A DNA stretch of 63,991 nucleotides, the filler included, from Octopus bimaculoides (taxonomy: Eukaryota), in assembly GCF_001194135.2 (NCBI RefSeq). It is 6 parts of 6 records of this genome, joined end to end, with 100 filler letters (N's around TTAATTAATTAA, not from the genome) between each part and the next. Parts side by side here need not be neighbours in the genome. Positions count along the whole stretch, not along the records: positions 51,022 to 60,026 come from NC_068997.1; positions 60,127 to 62,288 come from NC_068985.1; positions 62,389 to 63,991 come from NC_068983.1; 3 more parts are not named here. The stretch is one strand, 5' to 3'. The position numbers and the translations under genes were made by a program. The notes beneath the pieces are model-generated. The model ran no database searches. It was given only the letters and a program-made list of their open reading frames with translations, and had not been told where the DNA came from. Shown one piece after another: positions 52,401-63,991 of this stretch; the first letter of the stretch is position 1; the number at the start of each line of letters is the position of its first letter.

Positions 52401-53663
52401 NNNNNNNNNATATATAGAGAGAGAGAGAGAGAGAGAGAAATAGATCAATAGGCTCAAATGTTCTTTGCTCATAAGGACAGTTTCCCCGCGTATATATAGA
52501 CGAGACGGCATTCTATCGCATGATTGTTTTTTTTTGTTTGCTGAAGGGACTGGAGTAATGTGAAATGAAGTGTTTTGCTCAAGAGCTCAACGCATTACAT
52601 GGTCTAGGAATCGAAACTCCAGTCTAACGCTCGAGAGTGCAACGTCCTACCAACTACAAACACATATATATATATTAAGTGTCTGTGTATGTACTTGTGT
52701 GTGTATGTATATATATGTATATATGTGTGTATATATGTATATATGTATACACACACATACACACACACACATACATATATATATAATTTAGAATATTTAT
52801 CTCATATCTCAAATACATTGCTTTGATAATTGTGCCCTTTATTGCTAGATACAAAGAATGATAGACAGAAAGGCAGATAGATAGATAGATAGACCAAAAT
52901 TTTTGAAGATAATTACTATTAGTCGAGGTTAATGAGAGACCCTCTAAATTCTTGTTTTGCTGAACTTCCTCCTCCTGCCTGTCTGCCTGTCTGCATGCCT
53001 GTCTGTCTGTCTGTCTGTCTGTCACCCCATATATGTGTGTGTGAGAGAGAGAGAGTTCGATCTCGAATTATTTCTTTCTATACGGCTGTATTGTGTTTAT
53101 GAACATCCAGTTTTTCTCGCAATTACCCCTTCTGTCTTCTACTTACCTACCTACCAACTCCCTACCTACTAACCTATGTATCTATCTATCTAACTTTCTA
53201 TCTATTTCTCTCTAACTTACTCTCATATATCAATGTATTTTATATCTATATATCTGTCTCTCACTTTGTTTCTCCATTTCAAGTGATATCTCTCTTTCCC
53301 TCCGCCAGATCGATAATATTCACGTTCATACACACACACACACGCAAACTCATACACATACATACACACATATACATACACACACGCACACACGCAAACG
53401 CACACTTACATACACAAACAAGTATAGGTTTTATTATGAATCTGTAATTAACCAGCAACGATTCCAATTCGTGTCTCGTTCGATGTTGCGACGTTCCGAA
53501 ACCCAATTCCATGAGTATGTCTACTGTTCTACCAAATGGACCAATAATTCGCAATTATGGTCTCACCAAATTCCCAGAACAAGCTACTAATTAAGACATT
53601 TCCATATTTTGCGACTCCAAGTATACTCAACCACACATACAGCACACAGGAATGCACACAGCA

Positions 53664-53695
<32 letters not shown>

Positions 53696-54856
53696 TACAC
53701 ACATAGACGCGCGTGCATGCACGCTCTGACGAGTTTTAACCAACAAGCATTGGAAAGCGAAAGACAACTGTTTCAATTGCTGCCTTCAGGAATATATACA
53801 TGTGTGTGTGTGTGTCTGTGAGTATATATATATATAAACATAAATATACATATGTTTATATATATTTATATATATATATATACACACACACACATGTATA
53901 CGCACACACATACACACACACACACACACAAACGCATACATATATATATGTATATGTAATTTTTTGTGTATCCGTTTGTGTATGCAACGACAACATAATT
54001 CATGATATCAATGAAATATAAATATCTGTGTGTGTAGCTTTGTGTCTGTGTATGTCCCCCACCGCCACCACCGCTTGACATCCGATGCTGGTATGTCTAC
54101 GTCCTTCTGACGTAGCGGTTCGGGCAAAAGAGACTGATAGAATAAGTATCAGATTTTAATAACATTAAGTACTGGGCTTGATATGTTCGATTAAAAATTC
54201 TTCAAGGTGCTGCCCTAATATGGCCGGAGTCTAATGACTGAAACAAGTAAAAGGTAAATGATAAAAATTTGTCTGTATACATACATACATACATACATAC
54301 ATACATACATACATGGAGAGTATCGCATGTATGCATAGGAATACACGCATGCAGTGTAATCAATAAGTGGGATAAAGTTGCATAGATGACAGCTTTCAGC
54401 TAATTGAATATAAAAGGTAACAGTGGGACATAGATAGATATATGAAACACAAGTTAAAGCGGCATAAATGTTTATACAAATACATATAGCCCATTAAATA
54501 TGTATTAATGATACGACGTATTACATATATATATATANNNNNNNNNNNNNNNNNNNNNNNNNNNNNNNNNNNNNNNNNNNNNNNNNNNNNNNNNNNNNNN
54601 NNNNNNNNNNNNNNNNNNNNNNNNNNNNNNNNNNNNNNNNNNNNNNNNNNNNNNNNNNNNNNNNNNNNNNNNNNNNNNNNNNNNNNNNNNNNNNNNNNNN
54701 NNNNNNNNNNNNNNNNNNNNNNNNNNNNNNNNNNNNNNNNNNNNNNNNNNNNNNNNNNNNNNNNNNNNNNNNNNNNNNNNNNNNNNNNNNNNNNNNNNNN
54801 NNNNNNNNNNNNNNNNNNNNNNNNNNNNNNNNNNNNNNNNNNNNNNNNNNNNNNNN

Positions 54857-54935
<79 letters not shown>

Positions 54936-55911
54936 CATATATATATATACATATATACATATATCTAAATATACATACATATATATGTGTATACATATGC
55001 ATACATACATATATGCATACATACGTATATATTTATATATACACACACGCGCACACTTGTGTGTGTGTATATATATATATATCTACACTATATTGACCAT
55101 CTCATTTCTTATACGCACAGCGATTAATATCCGTACATCGGGCACACTGGCTAACAGGATAAGATTTACCCACGCATACATGTGCAAGCACACACATGCA
55201 TACCAAATTATCTACAATTCGCACATATACATATTACATATGAAAACACACACACAAACACACACACACGCGCGCGCACATACGACAAACCCTGCTCGCA
55301 CAGACGTACACAAAGCACACGCAGATACAAATACAAGTGAAATTCACACGCACACACCACTTCATCCACATACACATACACCAAGGTAACTCCGTTCATA
55401 GGTACACGCTCAGAGGCTCCGTCATATATTTAAAGTAATACGACAAACCCTGCGCGTACTAACTTACATGGAAACGTATACATATGCTCCAAGAGTAGAA
55501 CCTAGCAACACACGCACAACTCACATACACACACACACAAACAGGAATATACCATACTCACAGAAGCACATGAACATATACGGAAACACTCGCATATCAA
55601 ATACTGCACCGGTACACATTAAAGATCTTTAAATTACGGATATAATCCAGCCAACGAGCCCTCTGCTCTGTCAAGTCAGACCGAGAGTATGGTGAAAAGA
55701 CACCGGCCCAAGATCCCACGCAGTGTGACAGAAACTGGAACCTTGTGATGGAAAAAGTAAACGTCTTTAACCATTCCGCCATTTTGTGCCTTTATGCATA
55801 CATACATACACACGTATATGCACACATATGTGTGTGTGTATGTATGTATGTATGCATGTATGCATGTATGCATGTATGTATTTATGAATGTTTGTGTGTT
55901 TTTGCGTGTAT

Positions 55912-55952
<41 letters not shown>

Positions 55953-57074
55953 NNNNNNNNNNNNNNNNNNNNNNNNNNNNNNNNNNNNNNNNNNNNNNNN
56001 NNNNNNNNNNNNNNNNNNNNNNNNNNNNNNNNNNNNNNNNNNNNNNNNNNNNNNNNNNNNNNNNNNNNNNNNNNNNNNNNNNNNNNNNNNNNNNNNNNNN
56101 NNNNNNNNNNNNNNNNNNNNNNNNNNNNNNNNNNNNNNNNNNNNNNNNNNNNNNNNNNNNNNNNNNNNNNNNNNNNNNNNNNNNNNNNNNNNNNNNNNNN
56201 NNNNNNNNNNNNNNNNNNNNNNNNNNNNNNNNNNNNNNNNNNNNNNNNNNNNNNNNNNNNNNNNNNNNNNNNNNNNNNNNNNNNNNNNNNNNNNNNNNNN
56301 NNNNNNNNNNNNNNNNNNNNNNNNNNNNNNNNNNNNNNNNNNNNNNNNNNNNNNNNNNNNNNNNNNNNNNNNNNNNNNNNNNNNNNNNNNNNNNNNNNNN
56401 NNNNNNNNNNNNNNNNNNNNNNNNNNNNNNNNNNNNNNNNNNNNNNNNNNNTATACATACATGTAATGCTATCACGAAACAGTACATTGTACACACACAT
56501 ATATATATATATATGTATGAGTGTATGTTTGTATGTATAAGCCGAAGATGAATTATCAGAATGGCTTGGTATGTATCAACCAGTTAATGCTAAATCGTTA
56601 ATTCAGCATGTCACAAGAATAGTTCTAATTGATAATTAAAATCTGTAAATCCTTCAAGATTAACGAGCGGATTTCTATGATGACGTCGATGGATTAAACT
56701 GGTCAGATATTACGAATTAATAGCTTACTTAACCGATAATTAATAAAAACACAAAAACTCAATTAAAATATTTCGCAATTCATATTAATTAATAATCATT
56801 ACAGATGTTTAAATGTAATAAGACATTTGGCTTGCGGGAAGCGTGATACACTCACTAGATTATGCAAGAAATAGCAGCCAGTTCTCTTCAAATCACACGC
56901 CAACGCCAAGGAATATGAAGAACATATTGGACAATGTAGTCTTAAATGTATTCAAATCGACGAGATGGTTACAGCTGAAACATCTTTAATCACAGATCTG
57001 TTGGATTAGAATTGACCTAGGGTTATAAACAACCACGATGATGACAACGCATTTCATAACTTAGTTCAGTTATT

Positions 57075-57392
57075 GCTGTGTGCTATGAAAGCTCGCTTTG
57101 CACCCACGTAGTTCCGGGTTCGATCCCCCTGTGCGGCAACTTGGAGCTGACCAATGCTTGTTGAGTGAATTTTTTTGACGGAAGCTTCGAGGAAGCCTGA
57201 GCTTTATGTGTGCGTGTATGTGTGCGTGTATCTTTGTGTATGTCTCCACCACCGCGTGACAATCGGTGTTGGTTTGCCTCCTTAACATAGAAGTTCGGTG
57301 AAAGAGACCGATTGAATAAGACCTGGGGTGGACTTGTTTGACTAAACTTTCCAAAAGGGTGCTTCGCATCGCCGCAATCGACTGTGAGTGAA
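57075..57392 (+). mobile_element. SINE family C
   Basis: Head GCTGTGTGCTATGAAAGCTCGC...GTTCCGGGTTCGATCCC and tail CATCGCCGCAATCGACTG. Confidence 0.75.
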
Positions 57393-57436
57393 GTAAATAA
57401 AAGATATATACATATGCATATATATATACATACATA

Positions 57437-57493
<57 letters not shown>

Positions 57494-57973
57494 NNNNNNN
57501 NNNNNNNNNNNNNNNNNNNNNNNNNNNNNNNNNNNNNNNNNNNNNNNNNNNNNNNNNNNNNNNNNNNNNNNNNNNNNNNNNNNNNNNNNNNNNNNNNNNN
57601 NNNNNNNNNNNNNNNNNNNNNNNNNNNNNNNNNNNNNNNNNNNNNNNNNNNNNNNNNNNNNNNNNNNNNNNNNNNNNNNNNNNNNNNNNNNNNNNNNNNN
57701 NNNNNNNNNNNNNNNNNNNNNNNNNNNNNNNNNNNNNNNNNNNNNNNNNNNNNNNNNNNNNNNNNNNNNNNNNNNNNNNNNNNNNNNNNNNNNNNNNNNN
57801 NNNNNNNNNNNNNNNNNNNNNNNNNNNNNNNNNNNNNNNNNNNNNNNNNNNNNNNNNNNNNNNNNNNNNNNNNNNNNNNNNNNNNNNNNNNNNNNNNNNN
57901 NNNNNNNNNNNNNNNNNNNNNNNNNNNNNNNNNNNNNNNNNNNNNNNNNNNNNNNNNNNNNNNNNNNNNNNNN

Positions 57974-58031
<58 letters not shown>

Positions 58032-58612
58032 TATCATTGAAGTTATCAATTTCACCAATACGACATGAACCAATCTGTAGCCCTCATGACGTCATTTGTA
58101 AGAATTTCATTATGCTACACCCCTACCCCTATTGCCTAACATCGCCACCACTACACCCACCACTCCACCATTCAAGAATTCTTTAATTTGTTTGCTTAAT
58201 TCTGCTGATTGTTTTCTTGTTTAATTATTGATTGAGTAAATATCTTTGTTATACCAAAAACTACTGATCCGAAACAAGTCTTATTGTTTTTCCTGTTTAC
58301 CTCATCAATAGATTTTACTAATCGATATATTTGTTTGTTGTTGGTTTGTCTGTTGTTTGTTTGTTTCCGTATTAATTTTTTTAAAACTTATTTATGTTTG
58401 GTTCTTTAGTTAATTACTTGTATATATTTTGGACGAGTTGTCGGTTAATATAAAAAAAAAGGGGAAATTAGAAACACGAAAAACGATGGACAATTGAAAA
58501 TTGTTTGACGCATCCGCATATTTACATAGCAACACAATTTCCTTCAGATATTGGTAACTATAATGGTAGTTCATAGTGACAGCTATTGGACACACAAACA
58601 CATTCACGCACG

Positions 58613-58649
<37 letters not shown>

Positions 58650-59105
58650 AGTACCATTAGTGATTTGGTTAATATATAACCGGTCCTCAGTATAATTTTA
58701 CGAGTTAACAATATGGTAGACATAATACTGCTGATAGNNNNNNNNNNNNNNNNNNNNNNNNNNNNNNNNNNNNNNNNNNNNNNNNNNNNNNNNNNNNNNN
58801 NNNNNNNNNNNNNNNNNNNNNNNNNNNNNNNNNNNNNNNNNNNNNNNNNNNNNNNNNNNNNNNNNNNNNNNNNNNNNNNNNNNNNNNNNNNNNNNNNNNN
58901 NNNNNNNNNNNNNNNNNNNNNNNNNNNNNNNNNNNNNNNNNNNNNNNNNNNNNNNNNNNNNNNNNNNNNNNNNNNNNNNNNNNNNNNNNNNNNNNNNNNN
59001 NNNNNNNNNNNNNNNNNNNNNNNNNNNNNNNNNNNNNNNNNNNNNNNNNNNNNNNNNNNNNNNNNNNNNNNNNNNNNNNNNNNNNNNNNNNNNNNNNNNN
59101 NNNNN

Positions 59106-59142
<37 letters not shown>

Positions 59143-59143
<1 letters not shown>

Positions 59144-59336
59144 TACTGAAAAGTTCCTAGCTATGGATAAACGAAAATACAGGAGGAACAATTATAATTT
59201 CATTCAGTATATTTCCCTCTTCGATTCACATACATTACAGTGGTCCTTCAGTTTTTCTAAGCCCTGAAAAAGAGCTTGAAAGCTTGGGCCTTCAGACATA
59301 CCCTTAAAGCCAGGAACTTTTCAGCACCTTTTCGCA
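59143..59336 (-). mobile_element. Internally deleted mariner derivative (MITE)
   Basis: TIR cores CTGAAAAGTTCCTAGCT and the reverse complement CTGAAAAGTTCCTGGCT match at 16/17. The interior minus strand encodes QGLEKLKDHCNVCE, like a mariner C-terminus. Confidence 0.65.
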
Positions 59337-59605
59337 TGTGTATGTATATACGTGTATGTATATATATGTGTGTGTGTGTGTGTGTATGTGTATTCTTAAA
59401 GAGAAGTGGCTCTTCTGATAATTTTCCACTTACTATTTCTCCTCTCTCTCTCTATGTAATAGCTATGAATATACTTCCACACAAACTGCGATCACCGGAA
59501 ATATGGTGCCATGCGTCCTTTTCTAAATTTTTATCTCGTTACATCTCGCTATTGCTCAAGAATATTTGAATGTTTAAATACTTTCGTTTGGAAATGTCCT
59601 GAATA

Positions 59606-59945
59606 TCTATATATATAAAAATGAGAATGTGTGTGTGTCTGTCTGTCTGCCTGTCTGTCTGTCTGTCTGTCTGTGTGAATCCCTAAAACTCGAGAAGTAC
59701 TCAACCAATTTCATTCAAATTTTACACATGCCTTACTTAGGGTTCCAGTTGTGTTTTAGTCAAAAAATTTTTTTAACTTCTTGCAGAGTTCGAGCACACG
59801 GCAACATAATATCTCCTCCACTATTTAAATATTACGTGTCAAAAGTGAAACAAAAACACTCATGTCAAATACTTTCACTTTAAAAATGAAACTATTCCAC
59901 TAACTGAAACAATCACATTTCGATACTGTAATGACAGATACTTTC
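59606..59945 (+). mobile_element. Probable non-autonomous Helitron 5' portion
   Basis: Starts A|TCTATATATATAAAAATG, followed by (GTCT)n and AACTCGAGAAGTACTCAACCAATTTCATTCAAATTTTACAC, an architecture I recall from invertebrate Helitron-derived repeats. No CTRR 3' end was seen. Confidence 0.5.
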
Positions 59946-60026
59946 AGAGAGAGAGAGAAACAGAGAAAGAGAGAGAAAGAAAGTGATAGACAGAGAGATG
60001 TATATGTATACATATAAATGTATATG

Positions 60027-60126
60027 NNNNNNNNNNNNNNNNNNNNNNNNNNNNNNNNNNNNNNNNNNNNTTAATTAATTAANNNNNNNNNNNNNNNNNN
60101 NNNNNNNNNNNNNNNNNNNNNNNNNN
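60027..60126. other. Artificial contig spacer
   Basis: N44-TTAATTAATTAA-N44. Confidence 0.95.
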
Positions 60127-60332
60127 ACTCTGCCATATGTAATGATGATCTGTTCATATCGTTTTGAATTAACTGTGCATTATCTCATAGCTTTCAGATT
60201 TCGATGATGTGATTGGATATTTTTAGAATGACATTTTAGGGTAGGAGTGAGAGGCCGGATCTGGCCAGTTTGAACCTAAAGCAAGCAGAATATTTAGGCC
60301 GGATATGGCCGGATTAAATGCTAAGGGGTTAA
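60127..60332. mobile_element. piggyBac-like MITE end
   Basis: Ends ...TGCTAAGGGG|TTAA, matching a CCC-type TIR with a TTAA target site. Confidence 0.5.
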
Positions 60333-60384
60333 AGCTATTTCAAGTATAACAGACTGTGGAATAGACTCAATATTAAAAGTGCGG

Positions 60385-60572
60385 TAAGGCGGCAGAAACG
60401 TTAGCATGCCAGGGGAAGCGTTCTGAGTTCAAATTCCGCCGAAGTCGACTTTGCCTTTCATCCTTTCCGGATCGATAAATTAAGTACCAGTTGCGTACTG
60501 AGATCGTTCTAATTGATTGACCCCCTCCCTAATAACTTCTGGCCTTGTGCCTAGAATAGAAAAGAATATTAG
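60385..60572 (+). mobile_element. SINE family A, probably in an RFX4 intron
   Basis: GTTCAAATTCCGCCGAAGTCGACTTTGCCTTTCATCC...GGCCTTGTGCCTAGAATAG. Confidence 0.85.
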
Positions 60573-60663
60573 AAGTGTAGTCAAATATGTGTGTATGTGC
60601 TGTGTGTGTGTTGTGTGTGTGTGTGTGTAAAATAATGCATGGCAAAGTTGTGGTTAATCTTAC

Positions 60664-60758
60664 CTTGACAACACACCTGTCCACCATAGTGTCTAACCAT
60701 TCTAGGTAGCATTCAACGGGAGCTTGGTCTTCGAGCAGACGCTCAAATTCTCGGCACA
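60664..60758 (-). CDS. RFX4: RFX4 exon (dimerisation region): (L)[31 protein letters not shown]
   Basis: TTTCAG acceptor and GTAAGA donor. Closely matches recalled vertebrate RFX4 [32 protein letters not shown]. Phase is compatible with the upstream exon (T+TG=Leu). Confidence 0.92.
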
Positions 60759-61562
60759 CTGAAAGGATACCAGTTGACAGAAAAAGACCAGTAATATTAA
60801 TTATAGTTGCTTGCTTCAAAGACTACGATTATTTCTAGATTAAAAAAAATATATATATATATTTTGCTTGTTCGTTGATATCTGCAGATTAACTCGCTTT
60901 GCGTATGAAATTACACTCACAGTGATTAGAAAAAAGATCCATTAGCATTAATGACAATTTTTGGAAAGAGAAAAAGGGAGAGAATTCCGAAATATAAGCT
61001 GATGCAAATGGGAGTTTGCTGTTTAATAAAATATGCAATTTCTTTTTTGTCTTTTTTATATTACATTTTATTTTATTATATTGTGTTGTATTATAACAAA
61101 TTTGATCTCTGTTTTCATACCATATTCTCCAGTATAAATTTTGCAGTTAAAAAAAAGTAAGAGGAATCATTTCAAATATAAATAAAGAGGAAGTATACAA
61201 AAATAAGCATTATTTTTCATCTTACTGTTAGATTTGTTTCATTTTGAAAAATGAAAATTTATCTTATGATTCATCATTGATTATATTTTGAATTACATAT
61301 ACGTGGGAGCACCAACATCTTTTAAGTGCTTAAGGCAACTACGGGTCTTAATCCAGCCCCTGCTTTTCTCGATGTGGTAATGATAGCTCTTCCGAAAGTC
61401 CACCGAGCAACTATTACGCTCTTCTTACGAGCGTAATATTTCCTTTACTTTTGTAAATAAAAAGTTGGTTGTCGATAATAAGAAAGTACGCGTTCACACA
61501 CAATTATTTATCGATTTATTTAGAAAAGTCGGTGTGGGTAAAAGGATGCCGTAGGTACTTAC

Positions 61563-61766
61563 AATTCGCAATCGTCTTGTGATCTTTCTCGCTGTAGTGG
61601 TCCATAGTATAGAGGGTTTGTTTTACTATAGAATTGAGGTCAATGTTTAGCCAATCTTCAGACATTTGACTTGTAATCTCTCTGTTTTGTGTGACCGTTC
61701 GAGCAGCTTGACACAGGTGGTTTAAAGATGTCTGCCGCCGCAATAACTGACAAAAACGCCTTGCAA
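61563..61766 (-). CDS. RFX4: RFX4 exon (B/C to dimerisation region): [67 protein letters not shown]
   Basis: TTTTAG acceptor, GTAAGT donor, 204 nt, phase 1-1. Matches recalled RFX4 [23 protein letters not shown]...DLNSITKQTLYTM and differs from RFX6 (RRQTSFLHLAQ). Confidence 0.92.
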
Positions 61767-61975
61767 CTAAAAGTAGATAGAATAAGAGGAAAGATATTTC
61801 ACTTAGAAGATAGTCATTGATTTTTCATTTTTATTATTTCCTATTCGTATTTACAGTTTCAAAAGTAATAGAGTTAGGGAAAAATATACTATCAAACCAA
61901 ATACTGTTCAAACATCTTCAAGTAATTGTGACTTTATTTGCCACGAAAAGACTCAACAGAATGAATACAATAAAC

Positions 61976-62029
<54 letters not shown>

Positions 62030-62228
62030 GAAAGATAGAGACTGAGAGAAAGAGAGAGAAAGAGAAAACATTTCATCTAAAAGAAGATTGATGTTTTCTT
62101 AAGAACCAAATTTTCAACCTCTATCACCTCGTTGTCTAAATGTCTCTTCTGTGTATTTGTTCTGTCGGCTGCTACTATTATGAGTGAACGGACAGACTAC
62201 CCAGTCAAGATCAATAAGCCGTTAACAC

Positions 62229-62288
<60 letters not shown>

Positions 62289-62388
62289 NNNNNNNNNNNN
62301 NNNNNNNNNNNNNNNNNNNNNNNNNNNNNNNNTTAATTAATTAANNNNNNNNNNNNNNNNNNNNNNNNNNNNNNNNNNNNNNNNNNNN
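62289..62388. other. Artificial contig spacer
   Basis: N44-TTAATTAATTAA-N44. Confidence 0.95.
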
Positions 62389-62995
62389 AAAAACTTAAAT
62401 AAATAAATATTGACTGTTAAACACCAAAAATATTTTATTTACAACTGCAATTACAACCAGGTCAAAGTTGAAAAATTTCTGGAAAAAAAAATGTACCCAT
62501 CAGCTATGATTCTAACTCTCAATTTCAACAACAACTAAGCTGACTAATTTTTACTTCCAAAGTTGATGCAACTGTACAAAATGATAATGCAATACTTTGT
62601 AATATAATGGTTTCAAACAGGTAGGGAGTAAAAAACGAGATATCAGAGAATACTCATTTTTCCCTCCCACAGTTTTTTCTTCTGAAATTTTGATATACAT
62701 TGCATTCTCTCAGCTGCAAAATGAAACAGCAGTAGTTAAATGCTAAAAGCAGAAACTGCTGCTTTACATGAAGACAAAGCCTTTAGCTGTGTCTTTCCTT
62801 CTCCATGTCTTTGTAGAATTACTGTAGTTAAAGCAGTGTCTTCAGTCCTGAGACTCATAGGACCAGTTCTCTGGTTTCCCTAATGTATAAGTGACTTAGA
62901 TCACAACATACATCCTGTACAGGACGTCAGCCCATTGCATTGTTACTCATTTACAGCTGAGTGGAAGCGATTTGCTCAAGAGCAATTGCAATCAT

Positions 62996-63120
62996 GAGTG
63001 CAGTAGCCTGTTAGGGTACCTTAGAGTGCAGTACCCAAACCTAGAGGTTTGAGTACCTCAGAGGCAGTACCCTAACCTAGGAGTTTGTGTACTGCAGAGT
63101 GCAGCACCCTAACCAAGGAG
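62996..63120. repeat. 36-37-bp minisatellite of about 3.5 units, followed by (GAG)n
   Basis: Units AGAGTGCAGTACCCAAACCTAGAGGTTTGAGTACCTC and AGAGGCAGTACCCTAACCTAGGAGTTTGTGTACTGC. Confidence 0.75.
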
Positions 63121-63184
63121 GATGAGGAGGAGGAGGAGGAGGAGAAGGAGGAGGAGGAGGAGAGGGAGGAGAAGAAGAAGAAGA

Positions 63185-63375
63185 ATCCTGTCTATTATAG
63201 GCACAAGGCCCAAAATTTTGGGATTACATCAACCCAGTACCTAACTGGTACTTAATTTACCGACCCTGAAAGGATGTAAGGCAAAGTCAACCTCGGCGTA
63301 ATTTGAACTCAGAACGTAAAGACGGACGAAATGTCGCTCAGCATTTCGCCCGGCGTGCTAACGGTTCTGCCTGAA
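63185..63375 (-). mobile_element. SINE family A
   Basis: Reverse complement of the family A copies. Confidence 0.85.
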
Positions 63376-63991
63376 TAATAACAATAATAATTGTTTCAAA
63401 TTCTGGTATAAAACCAATAATTTTCGGAGGAGAATGTTAGTGGATTACATCGACTGAAGTACTTTACTTTATCGACCATGAGAAGACGACTTGACCGAGG
63501 TGGAATTTGAACTCATGCCGTAAAGAACCAGGGAAAATGCCGCTAAGTATTTTGTCCAACGGTTAACGATTCTGCCAACTTGTTTCTCCAGAAGTTCGTC
63601 ACTAACAATAAGTAACAAACTGTGACTAATAAAAAAATATTTGGTTTAATAAAAATTTAGAAGAGATCGATTCGCACATTCACTGATTTAGACTATTTTA
63701 CGTCCGTCATATCATCGATGACATCGAAAATGCCATGTACATCACATAATCTCATATTTGCTACAAAATAAATTAAAGCAAATGATTTTATGTCGATATC
63801 TAAAATGAATTTCTCGGTTGTAACGAACTTGTTAATAAGAGTTGTTTCCCATGAATTAATTAACGCTAAAAAAAAAACCATCACTAAAAATTTCGCTGTC
63901 AGTAACTTTTTGCTAATAGTCTCGGAAGTAGGGAGAAAGGGTCCTTTATGTATGTATATATATATAATATATATATATATAATATATATAT

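Noticed and set aside
53440-53580. GC-richer island examined as the next RFX4 exon
   Set aside because: No frame resembles the expected [21 protein letters not shown] sequence, and it lies across a spacer.

Overview
AT-rich, microsatellite-dense animal genomic DNA from a gapped draft assembly. The repeat content looks like an octopus or other coleoid cephalopod; this is my inference, not a database result. The window is six segments joined by five identical artificial 100-bp spacers (N44-TTAATTAATTAA-N44), so adjacency across them is not evidence of biology. The only confidently recognised host gene is two minus-strand exons of an RFX4-type transcription factor (61563-61766 and 60664-60758). 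Most other recognisable sequence is decayed mobile DNA: several tRNA-derived SINE families with swapped modules, fragments of RTE, CR1, Hero-like and R4/Dong-like LINEs, Penelope-like (PLE) fragments, mariner and maT transposase relics, MITEs and a Helitron-like 5' end. The most notable signals are five minimal hammerhead-ribozyme-like motifs (one fused to an inverted tRNA-like Pol III head), a circularly permuted R4-type LINE, and several long hairpins or foldbacks, two of which appear to be one family. Nearly all ORFs in the supplied track are microsatellite or N-gap artefacts. Repeat boundaries are approximate.
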